Below are positions 1-10,233 of a stretch of 32,415 bases of DNA, in pieces. The stretch comes from Diploschistes diacapsis. Its lineage: Eukaryota. The first letter of the stretch is position 1, and every line of letters begins with the position of its first letter. The stretch lies in NCBI GenBank assembly GCA_023645945.1, contig JALAIB010000103.1, positions 1 through 32,415 on the forward strand, written 5' to 3'. The notes beneath the pieces are model-generated. The model ran no database searches. It saw only the letters and a program-made list of their open reading frames with translations, and was not told the DNA's origin. A program made the translations under genes and the position numbers.

Positions 1-298
1 GGGGAGGAGAGAAGAAAAGAGAAAAGAGGAGACGGGAGAATAGCGGCCAAAGAGCCCAGCCAGATAGATAGATCCCTTGCAAGCTAAAAAAAAAAAACCC
101 CCAAAATTGTAAGAAGAAATCAGAAACCGAAATGAAATGGAAATAAATGTATATAAAAAAAAGCTCTCTCTACATATATGTCCAGCCTGCCGCGAACCGA
201 TGGAAAAGGGGGGGCTAGCGACCGGGGCCACGCGCGCGCATATTCATTGATTGATGGCATCCAGCGCCGCCCGTGCGCCGCGCATCGTATCGGATCTA

Positions 299-329
299 TT
301 TACCTACCTACCTATCCTACCTACCTACC
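299..329. repeat. Imperfect (TACC)n microsatellite
   Basis: tttacctacctacctatcctacctacctacc is visible directly. Confidence 0.8.
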
Positions 330-470
330 TTTTACATTTTACGTCTTGTTTCCCCCCCGGAGTACATACAGTATTTAGTAACCATAGAAAAATCGTACAT
401 TTACCCTTATAATGAAGGGGGTGGTTCCAAAGGAGGATGGATAAAAGTATATACATTTGAAATAATGTTG

Positions 471-500
471 AACAACAACAACAACAGCAATAATAGCAAC
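471..500. repeat. Imperfect (AAC)n microsatellite
   Basis: aacaacaacaacaacagcaataatagcaac. Confidence 0.7.
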
Positions 501-582
501 GATAAAAGAAGCTCGCGGCCGCTGAATCAAGCCCAAGTCCCGCTGGCTATGATAATGCAAATATCACACCGCACCACGCAAT

Positions 583-610
583 GCCACGCCACGCCACGCC
601 ACGCCACGCC
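583..610. repeat. (GCCAC)n pentanucleotide microsatellite, about 5.5 units
   Basis: gccacgccacgccacgccacgccacgcc. Confidence 0.85.
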
Positions 611-768
611 TGGGTATCGCTGTTATCTCTCTTTACCTTCCTTCATTCACATTCCCCTCCCATCGTATTTCATCCACCAACCTCTCATCAAATCTCCACC
701 AAAACCCCCCTCTTTTGCCTTTCCCCTCTCCATTATTTCTGCCTCGCCGCTCATCCTGACCGTCGCAG

Positions 769-3193
769 TCACCAGCTCTCCCCTTCCCCCGCAGCCGGCT
801 CCAAGCTCATCGCCCTCTCGATCCCGTTCCTGATGGCCCTCTGCACGCTCGAAATCCGCAGGTCAGGCGAGAGATTGCGCCTCGGCGTGCGCGGACTGCG
901 GGGAGGGGACGTCGACGCCGGTGGCGGTTGAGATCTCGACGACGGCGGTTCCAAGGTGGGTGTCGGTGTCCGTACTGGCACCGAGGTTCCCAGCGGAGAG
1001 ACAAGGTTGGGGTGGGCTTCGTATCCCTGCGCCTGCACCTGCATCTGTACCTGCGCTTGCCTGTCGTGGTCGCTACCTTGTCGTTGCTGGTCGCTCTGCA
1101 ATCGTGGCTGCTGCTGCCGCTGGTAATGATTATCCAAAGGCCGAGACTCCGAGCCCTGGTTCTCCCGCTGCTGCTGCCGTTGCTGCCTCTGCCACTCTTC
1201 CGCATGCCGCTGCTGGTTGATCCTCTGCTGCGACGGGCGGCGCGGCGAAATCGAGCCGAAGCAATCGTCCAGCCCGAGGTTGGCAGCTGCGGCTGCGATC
1301 GAAGAAGCCTTTGATGGCGTGGGCGAGGGCATGGGCCGGGAACCCGATTTGCTCGCGCCCGCGGTCAGGAGCGGTTTCCGGGCTGGTACGGCGAGCGGGA
1401 ACTCGGTTGAGGCGCGGGCCGTGATGGGGCCGATGGAGGAAGTTCCCGATTCCGGGAGTGCGTGTGGGAGGTGCAGGGGTGGTGGGAGCTGGGGGAGTTT
1501 GGGTACGGCTTCCAGAGTGCCGGCATTGTGGCCTGTTAGCGGGCGGGATAATGAGTCTGTGCGGGATGTGTGGGTGCTCGGGATTGCTGGGCCCATGAGG
1601 GCTGTGCGCGGGGCGGATGAGGCGGAGGAGAGCGGCTTAGGGGCTGGCGGTGTGCGGCCGGGGCCGGCGGCCGTGGAGGAGGACGTGAGGGAGCCGAGGC
1701 GCGGTGGGTCTGGTGGAGGTGGCGGTGGTCTTTCTATGACTGGTTCTAGGATGGGCGTGTAGAGGGGTGTGAGAGACTCGGGCGAGCCTCTGGAGCCTTG
1801 GATTGGTATTTCGATGTCGCCTGAGGAGGAGTCCGAGGAATCGTGGGAGACAGGCTGCGCTGGGGACGGAGTATGCGGGGGTACATTGGTAGGCGAGAAC
1901 GGCGTTTGAGGGGATATGGGCATGGGGCCATCGAGTGTTGTAGGCGTCTGAGTTCTGGTGGCTATGGGTCTGGAAAGCCTAGGAAATTGCAAGCCTTTTT
2001 CGGAGTTCAGGTGGGAAGAGTCGCGTTTCCCGATATCGCCTGGGGAAAGAGGGGCGTTAGAATCTCCACTTGGAGGTGTCTCTGTCGGTAGGTCGCGAGC
2101 ATTGGGCGGCGCAGACCCGGCAGGTCGGCCTGGCGCATCTGGCAGCTGCATTTCTTCCGAGAATCCCGTGAAGCCCGTCATGCCCGTAAAGCCCGTCGAT
2201 GTTGTACGATCGGAAACGCTCTTCTTCCACTTCTTGTACGAATACCATTTCGGGTTCGGAGCACGAGGCGTGTTGTTCCTTGATCCCCGCTGGATGAAAA
2301 ATGTGCGGAAAGCGGTCAAGGACACCACCATGACCGCCAACGTGAGTTCCACAATCTGAAAATAGATCTGCCAGACCACGTCGATAGCCTGAATGCCACC
2401 TGTCTCCAGAGTGGCTCCCTGCAGCACTGCGCAGACGATCATGACGGCAGACAGGCAAAAGGAAAATGCCAAGTACGTTTTCGACCTTAGCGGGATCTTG
2501 ACTTTTCTGATCACAAGCGCAGGAATGCTGATGATTAACAAATCGCTGGAGACATCGAACACGAGCAGCGCGATGCTGACGTCCAGCGCTCTAGCTAACA
2601 TGCTGTCCTGCGCACATTGTATGGCTCGCGAATCGTAGTATGGGCAAGCCAGGAACGATATCCCAAGACTGATGGCCCACGATACGGCCGTATATCCAAC
2701 CACGACGCGCCAGTACATGACCATGGGCCTCAGCCGATTGATAAGGCTTCGAAAGAAGAATAGGAAGCTGAACTTGATGGCGAAGATGCCGGTGAGGGTG
2801 ATGGCGATGTAGGCAGTCGAATAGATTTGTACGTCGATCGCGATCTCTACGATGTCTCCAAACTGGACCGCCGAACCGAACGGGTCATAGATGAGGGCCT
2901 CGGTCTTGTATAGATTGTCCATCATCGCGAACCACAGCCCCAGCGACACTATCATCAGCACGACGGCGAGCGCCAGGAAGCCGTCGTCGAGCCATGCTAG
3001 CTTTCGATAATGCCATCTCACAAACGTTCGAAAGCAGGCAACGGCCAATGCAAGTATGAACAAAGCGATAGACGAGCCCTAGAGCAAGCAAGTTAGTTTC
3101 GGAGCTGTCTACGAATCCGGCAACAACGTATGTTGCTCTTACAGTTGCAGCTACTTGCGATACTCTGCCCTCATTTCCAACGGACGGACCCAT
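769..3193 (-). CDS. PTH11-like (fungal rhodopsin-domain, non-CFEM) 7-TM integral membrane protein with a very long Pro/Ser/Gln-rich C-terminal tail, about 786 aa
   Basis: Exon 1 is 3193-3143 (MGPSVGNEGRVSQVAAT), intron 3142-3079 (GTAAGA..CTAAC..TAG), exon 2 3078-769. Family motifs: R..R....LDDGFL, IKFSFLFFFRSL, ACPY..C, DLLIISIP, followed by about 500 aa of low-complexity tail. Confidence 0.85.
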
Positions 3194-3984
3194 CAAAGGC
3201 AATGGCAACGAACCAGCCCTATGCGCTGAACATCATTAGTCGCGAGGAGGGATATCGCTCGATGCCATTCGAACTGGTGGCGAGGAGTGTAGGAAGAACA
3301 GCCAGCATAAGAGGAGGATTTCACCATTATTCGCCGTGGAACCCGGCGTGGGGCCTTAAGTACGTACAAAGTACGACCATAAGCAACATATTGCAGACAA
3401 GAAGAGTTGGAGCTAACCATCTAAAGTCAGGCGTGCAGAAGACTGTGTGGTATTATGGTAGCAGATGAACGACCAGCTGCGACCCCAGCATCCCCTCTTG
3501 CTCTTACCGTCTGCCTCAATCGGGTGCGGGCCAAGCGCCATGTAACTCTAAATTGGCGAGTCAAAATGAAGCTTGAACAGCTCAATGTTTCACAACCATA
3601 CCTTAAGAGGAAGCTAAGAAGAATAAGGCTCAGACAATCTCAGACCAAAAGCCTAGCCACGCGGTGGGAAGGATTTTTGAGGCAACCTGCACGTTTTCCG
3701 CCCGGCGTTTCAAATAAAACATTGAGGGCTTTGCCATCCACACCAATCGGCCTGGCAGGACACCAACTTGCGATCTGGTTCGTTTGTGGTGCTGATACGT
3801 AAAGAAAAAAGAAGGATGCGATGTCGTTCAAGGCATTTTACTTCTCGGGCCGGCAGAAGGCTTAATGACTAAGCAATCTCAGGGTTGTGGTGTGGTACAC
3901 ACACAACTGCACATACATGAATACCCCATATCTTGTCGAGAATATTCTCTAAAGAAGAAAGGGCGTGTTTAAGCTAAATTGCAG

Positions 3985-4373
3985 AATCATCTGGGGCGAT
4001 GGCGTCGACGACCTCGATGATGACACGGACGATTACGAGAATTATATGGGCCGTGTCAGGAAGGATTATGGGTTAGAAATTGGTCTCCCCATTGACTATG
4101 ACTAGGCTATGCCGTTCGAGCAAGCGAGCTGGGGGAGAGTTGGACAGGATGCTGAGTGCATGGGCTAGACAAATACAGAGCGAACAACCGATGGCTAAGG
4201 GGCAGCGTTTGCAGATCTTCTTTGGCGGACCAAGGTTGTTTGGGGAAGCATTTCTCGCTGGAAAGGAGCGAAGAGGAACATGGAATTCAGGGAGACGGCT
4301 TGCTATATCCTGGGCCAAGAGCGATGCGGGAACGCCGAAGAACCAGAAGTATGGGCGATGGAAACGAGGATGA
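3985..4373 (+). pseudogene. Possible frameshifted remnant of an uncharacterised fungal protein gene
   Basis: An acceptor-like gctaaattgcag is followed by protein-like IIWGDGVDDLDDDTDDYENYMGRVRKDYGLEIG. After a 1-nt shift near 4085-4091 it continues LTMTRLCRSSKRAGGELDRMLSAWARQIQSEQPMAKGQRLQIFFGGP. No intact start or first exon was found. Confidence 0.3.
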
Positions 4374-4769
4374 TAGGCCACTATGCGAGGAGCACCCAGA
4401 CACGCTGCTCCCATAAACAACTTACACACATTAAACATTTTAAGGAGGCCGAAGGGTTAGGGGTGCAGTTAATAAAAAGGTGGAACAGGGGTGCTAGGTC
4501 AGGAGCATATCTATAAAGATTAGATCAAGTCGATATGGTTCTGGACGATTAAACGTAAGATAGTTTTGGAAATACTCTATTTTAATAGTTGGGAATGATA
4601 GCCTAAGCCGCTCCAAGGTAGTCCTTTTGTTGGGGAGGCCAAGCGTCTGGGCGAGTGCTTATATACCTTTGATCCTGCCCCTAATTCTCCCCAAATAGAT
4701 CTTGCTTGCTTGTCGACCTGTTTACCCCTTAAGCCAGCTGTTGCCTATAGACCCAAACTGTTCTATTTG

Positions 4770-5725
4770 TTAGGGTGTCCGTGGCCATGACGTCCGTTGT
4801 TCCTTCGTAAGTGCCGAGGACGTCGAGCAGAGACATTTAGTATGTAGCGCCCAGAGCAAACTCGATGGAAGCTTACCGTTCGCGTCTGCGGAAAAGCCGT
4901 GAGATGTTGATGCTCTATGTTTCTCCGTTCTCAAGGTATCCGACGCCTCCCAGGGCTTCGATGGCTTCTTGAAGGCGTGGTAGGTTACGCACGTGCTGCT
5001 GTGACTGTGGATTGAGCCGGAGAGGAGCGATGTTGATATTCTAAGAGAGGCCGAGGAGGTTCGCGACAAGAAAACGTAGGAGCATGTCCGCTCGGTATTG
5101 CTGGTACTGCTTCGCCGGGCTTTTCTAAAAAGAGCAACGTCACGGATCAATACGTCGCTAATCTTACAATATGACGCATATGCTTCAGCAATAGCCAAGC
5201 CTCGTCCCAGAAGCCCTACCGTAGTCACTGCTTCACTGAGCAGAGTCAAGGGTTGACAGAGAAGACCTTGCCCCCTCTCCTCCCTCGCCGAGAAGATGCG
5301 CCCTCATTCCCTCGCGCTCAAGTTCAGCCGTGGGAAGCGCACGCTTTCCCATATTCAACATGAGCCTTTGAACTCGGATACCATCTGTCTCTTCACGACC
5401 GCTAACAATCCTCCTGGTCGGAGCAAAGAAGCAGCTGAGCCCTCTCGATGTCTGGGCAAGCACGACGGCCATCACGCAATCGGTGGCGGATGAGAACCAC
5501 GTGAAGCCATCTATTTCTCCATGGTCCGAGTAGCAACCCTCCCACGCTTGTGCCACGTGCAGCCCCGATGAATGTTACAAACGTTTCAGCCTCCGGAGAA
5601 AATTGCCCCCGCCTCCGCGCTCCGTCATCTACTGCCCAGAGGTCCCATTTCTTCCCTCGGATCCCTTGAAATCGATCTCTTTAAAGCATCCTGGAACTCT
5701 TCGCGAGCCTCGGCTTCATTGTTTG
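4770..5725 (-). pseudogene. Decayed, 5'-truncated acyl-CoA dehydrogenase (AidB/ACAD11-like fungal family)
   Basis: Family motifs are spread over several frames: SRDP..TSGQ*MTERGGG (TAG at 5631-5629 where W is expected), GFTWFSSATD, GLSCFFAP, GIRVQRL..MGKRALPTAELE, GRGLAIA, YRADMLL, LQEAIEALGGVGYLEN, NISRLFR/DAN, YEGTTDVMA. Several frameshifts and stops; N-terminal region absent. Confidence 0.85.
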
Positions 5726-5775
5726 GGAATGTTTTGTAATTCCCCATATTGAATCTGTCACAACACTGTTCTTAA

Positions 5776-7586
5776 CTAAAGCACCTCTTCCCATATAAGC
5801 GCCACGTCTCTAGGGCTCTTCATCTGCAAGGTGACCGCCGTAATAGCCGAGTCCTCAATCATCCGATACACTCTCCCAGCAGCCTGGTCCTCGCTCTCAC
5901 CGTCTTCCCGCCTTGGCTTAACCGAATGCCGCCCGAACAGCACAGCCATGACGCCAGCAAATTCGACCTGAGAGAACTTCTTCCCGGGGCACGCCCGTGG
6001 CCCGTCAGCCCAGCCGACGAATGTTCCGGCGGCCGGCTCGACGAGCTCCTCCTCGACAGGAGAACCGGGGTTCTTCACCCTGATCCAGCGATTGGGCCTC
6101 CACTCAAGAGCGTCGGCGCCCCAGGTCTTGGGGTCGCAGTGCAGGGCCTGGGAGTTCGTTACAACGAACGAGCTGGGTGGTATGACGTGCTCCTTTCCGG
6201 CGATGGCAAGCGTGCAGCTGGAGTTGCCGGTTGATTTTGGCAGAAAGACTGTGGAGCCGTGCAGTCGGAGCGTTTCTAGCTGGATGGCCTGGCAGCGCCT
6301 AAGCCTGGGATAAACATCTTCGTAAACCCAATTCTGTGGTTCCGTTGATTGTTCTGCGGTTACTTGGCGGACTTCCTCATGCACCCATTTCTGCCAACGC
6401 GGCGCAGCGGCGAGGTAGGCGATTGAGGTAGCAATAGTATTGGCCGTGGACTCATGGCCCGCCATGTTGTATATGAAGAGGTTGCCGTACAGCTCGTCAT
6501 CGGCCAGACCACTACGGACCCGAGACCCTTTCTCTTGGCCCGCCTCAGACACGGCTTCGGAGGCGTGGACGAGGGCGCTTAGCAAGTTGCTCCTTTCGGA
6601 ATCCGAGCGATCCGCTGCCGATTTTTTCTCTGCTTCTACCATCTCTTTCATGTAAAGCTTGAATTCACTGCATGCTTCGCCGACCTTGCGAATATTGCGA
6701 GGCATGATAGGCCAGGTCATAAGCTTCATCGGAACCATGACCAGGAGAGTGAAGTTGCGCAGAACAAGCAAGAGCGCGTCACGATAGGTCAGACGATGTG
6801 GGGGGTCAAGCTTCTGCTGGGCATCTTTGAACGTGTAGCGGATGCCAAAACCAGCGTACGTCAAGACATGTAGAGCGAGCGAAGCCGTGTCGTCGACGAC
6901 ATTCTTGGAACCTTTTGCACCGCAAGCTATCCACTCCTGGAGCATCTGATGCGCCTGTTGAGTAGCTTCGGACCAGACTGAGCCGCTTACACGCTCGTTG
7001 AAGTTGGGGGCTGTCAGTTTTCTGTGGCGCTGCCATGTCTCCCCTTCAACCTGTATCCGGTAAACACACGGACTTTGTAAATGCGGAGCTGGACACTTAC
7101 TGCGTCTAGATTGCGGCCGAACACGTTCAGCGGTTCTACAAGTCATAAGCCTTATCGACCAAGCTGAGAACTGACAGTAGGAAAATAGAACGTACCGTAC
7201 ATCATTGAAGGCTTGATAAACTCTTTCCTTCTGTTAAGAACCGTGTGAACAGCCGACGGATCGGCAATGACCACCTCATTGAGGCCAGGCGTGCAAAGCA
7301 CGAATGCCGGACCGAGCTCTTCATGGATGGCATGCTTGTCATCGAACTGCCAGCCCATGTACGTGTATTTGGCCCATCTTCCAAGATTAAAAGGCAGCCG
7401 TTGCAGTAGTGGTATGACTGGCAGTGCCTTGTATAGAATGATCCACAGTGGATTCAGAGTACCCGTGGGACTGATCAGTATCGGCAAGCCTATACTCTTG
7501 GCTTGTTTGTAGCTCCTGTATAGAGCAATGCCATGCCATGCTGCTAGTGTGAGTAAAGCAAGACCAAAGTAAAGCAAGAGATGCAT
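5776..7586 (-). CDS. Cytochrome P450 monooxygenase, about 566 aa, 3 exons
   Basis: Exons 7586-7196, 7135-7101 and 7050-5776; introns GTACGT..TAG (60 nt) and GTAAGT..CAG (50 nt). N-terminal TM anchor, WQRHR, I-helix AGHEST, K-helix ETLR, PNRW, heme motif WADGPRACPG. Confidence 0.93.
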
Positions 7587-8122
7587 CTCAACGATAACGA
7601 CAGGCTGAGTCCCGATGGGTTTAGTGCGCAGACGACGATGCTAGCGAACTTGGATTGACGTCAAACACTTCGATAGACACGCAAAAGCAGAGGCTTTCCA
7701 CTATCGCAGAGATCTTGATCCAAGAGGGCGGATTTGTGCAGTTGTAAGGCGTCAACGCTAGATGATGGTATCTCTACGTTCTATGACATACTAATACCTA
7801 TTCTGGTTAGATCATTGCCTGATTCGGGCTCACAATCTGTAAAGGTAGAATACGACTATGTGCAGGGCAGGTTCATACCAGAACTAGTTCTTTGAAATTC
7901 TCTAAAATCGGTAATAAAACATCCACGATAATTGTTCACGCGCGTATTTTAGATTAAATGTAAAGAAGAAGTGATTATTGTCAGGATATTAGCCTAAATA
8001 GGTTAGTCTGGGTACCTACTACGCTTCTAGTATGTTCTGTTAGATTATTAACTTGAAAGGGTTAGTCTGTCTGACTAATTAGTTATTAATGGGGAACCTT
8101 CAGGACACATCAACTAGTCCTA

Positions 8123-8332
8123 ACGTGTTTCACCACGAAACAGAACACCCCACGAAGCGGAACACTACATTATAATGTAATTGCGCTAGATCGAGCGCTT
8201 CCATATTTGTACGAAGCTAAATTTGTTCTCAATTACACTACCCCGTTCTTCGGCCTTTAAGAAATACACTTTACGAAGGTGCAGGGATTGTGTTCCGCTT
8301 CGTGGGGTGATCCGTTTCGTGGTGAAACACGT
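8123..8332. mobile_element. 210-bp MITE (non-autonomous Tc1/mariner element, pogo/Fot1-Pot2 type)
   Basis: 43-bp terminal inverted repeats at 8123-8165 and 8290-8332 with 2 mismatches, starting ACGT. Flanked by TA on both sides (8121-8122, 8333-8334). Each TIR contains a 17-bp imperfect tandem sub-repeat. No ORF. Confidence 0.9.
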
Positions 8333-8855
8333 TACTAACAACAGTTGAACATATTAGATTAATAATCTAATAATATTTGGACCGTGGATCCAATAAATGT
8401 TGGATAATTAAATTCATTATTATGTAGGATTTAAAAGTCGGATAATGTTGGATTATAAATCTATAGGCAAGCATCTTATTGTGAGAAGATTCGTAACTAC
8501 TCTGAACGAATATCTATTTATGTACAGCAATGCCAAGCGCCCATCGTCCCAGATAGTGACGTCATAGCAGCGAGGTTAGCTCCAGCTGTCAGCTTAAATA
8601 ATACCTCCGTATGCTGCTTGATGATCGTGGCCCGTCTCTTTGCCACAAGAATGCACGAATACCACCCACTCAAGGGCTAATCAGAGAGCCTCGCCCCATG
8701 GCTTGACGCTATTAAAGCTCAATTGATCCCCCAGGATCAATAAGGGATAAATTTATGGGAAAAGCCTGGGTCCGCGACTGGATTTCCGAGCTTTGTCTTT
8801 GCCAGGAAAGCCACTCTAGCTTGAACGAAGTAGCACATAAAGCTTTGTTCAGACC

Positions 8856-10233
8856 ATGACAGGTGCTCGTGTTGGGTTAACGGCGTTTCGTGTAAGCATT
8901 GATACTTCTTGTCGCCATTTATCTTGAGCCATTCCTTGAAAAGCTAACATCGTACGTGTTTCAAAGGTGACCTCGGGAATATTATTCGGACTTGCTGTCA
9001 TTCTTGCCGCTGTTCGAACCGTTATTCGCGTTCGTCACTTTCGACGCCTCTATATTGACGATGGGTTTTTGTTTCTTGCTGTCGCCGCGCTTACGGCCGG
9101 CACGGGGCTCATGTTGGTCGACATCCCCTATGCATACCTACAAGAGCAAGTCGAAGCCGGCGTGGAAGCACCACCACCAAACCTGATGGATAGTCTACTT
9201 CAGGATCAAAAAGTACAGAATGCGGCCACTGTCCTGATAGCGACGACGATCTTCAGCGTCAAGTTTTCGTTCTTATTCTTTTTCCGGCTTCTGTTGCAGC
9301 GGACCAAGAAATGGTACATCTGGTGGTGGTGGACAATTTTCATCATCCTGATACCCAGCGCCGCCCTCTTCATGTTCTCCGATTTCATATCATGTCCGTA
9401 CACTGGCGAGGCTGTTCTGAGTAAGGCACCGGTCCCGTTGGCCCACGTTGCACGCAGTAATGAAACCAATAGCGGAATGCGTTACGCCTGCCGCGCTAAA
9501 GCGGGAAAATGCCGCATTCGTATTATCAGTTGTTCTGGATACAGTGACAGACGGTTTGTGTAAGCGGCAAACTGGACCTGCTGGTAGCGGCACTTTTAAC
9601 AGGATATAGTAATCAGCATACCAGTTATCCTTTTGTGGAGTGTTCATATCAATCTCCGAAGAAAGCTCGCATTAGGCGGAATCATGTGTCTTGGCATCTT
9701 CATGATTCTTTGCTCTATCATTCGCATTAGCGTCAGTAATATTATAGACGGTCAAGTCGATACAACGTGGGTGCTCCTATGGACCGAGATTGAAGCCTGC
9801 GTGGCGGTCATTGTGGTGTCTATCACGGCGTTCAGGACATTATTCACAAGCAACCGATCAATCAAGAGCCCTACAGAGAATCAATGCCTGAATAAAGAGA
9901 CAACTCACCGAGGCTTACCCGGAAGCACAATCTCCATGCCTTCTTACCCGTCCCGAGATTTGCAAGGCCTAACGATGCTCAGGCACCCGGAGCGTAGCCA
10001 CAACGCACCGGACTGGGGACGTCCACGCCCAATGCTGCGTGCTGAATCCGGCGATTCGACGAGTGAAATGTTTCCCATCTGTGGAGCAGGTATTCTAGTC
10101 ACGCAAAATTTCAGTGTCGAGCTAGAAGGGGTATGGTCTTCTCATCCTCTGTACAGGCGAGTACAAAGATACTAACAGAAGTTAGCACAATACCGCCGCA
10201 AGCGTTAAGCCGTCACACGAATCTCTTGTGTAA
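8856..10233 (+). CDS. PTH11-like (fungal rhodopsin-domain) 7-TM integral membrane protein, 5 exons
   Basis: Exons 8856-8891, 8967-9420, 9473-9559, 9610-10130 and 10186-10233, all introns GT..AG with the frame kept. Motifs YIDDGFL, VKFSFLFFFRLL, SCPY..EC, DGLLISIP..LW, RRKLAL, EACVAVIVVSITAFRTLF. The last intron is less certain (alternative stop at 10175). Confidence 0.85.

Noticed and set aside
178..931. Plus-strand ORFs of 66-186 aa
   Set aside because: They are translations of microsatellites and low-complexity DNA in the 3' region of the minus-strand gene, with no domain-like content.
5980..6025. P450 heme motif WxxGxRxCPG instead of FxxGxxxCxG
   Set aside because: Trp at this position occurs in many fungal CYP families and the axial Cys is intact; not a defect or novelty.
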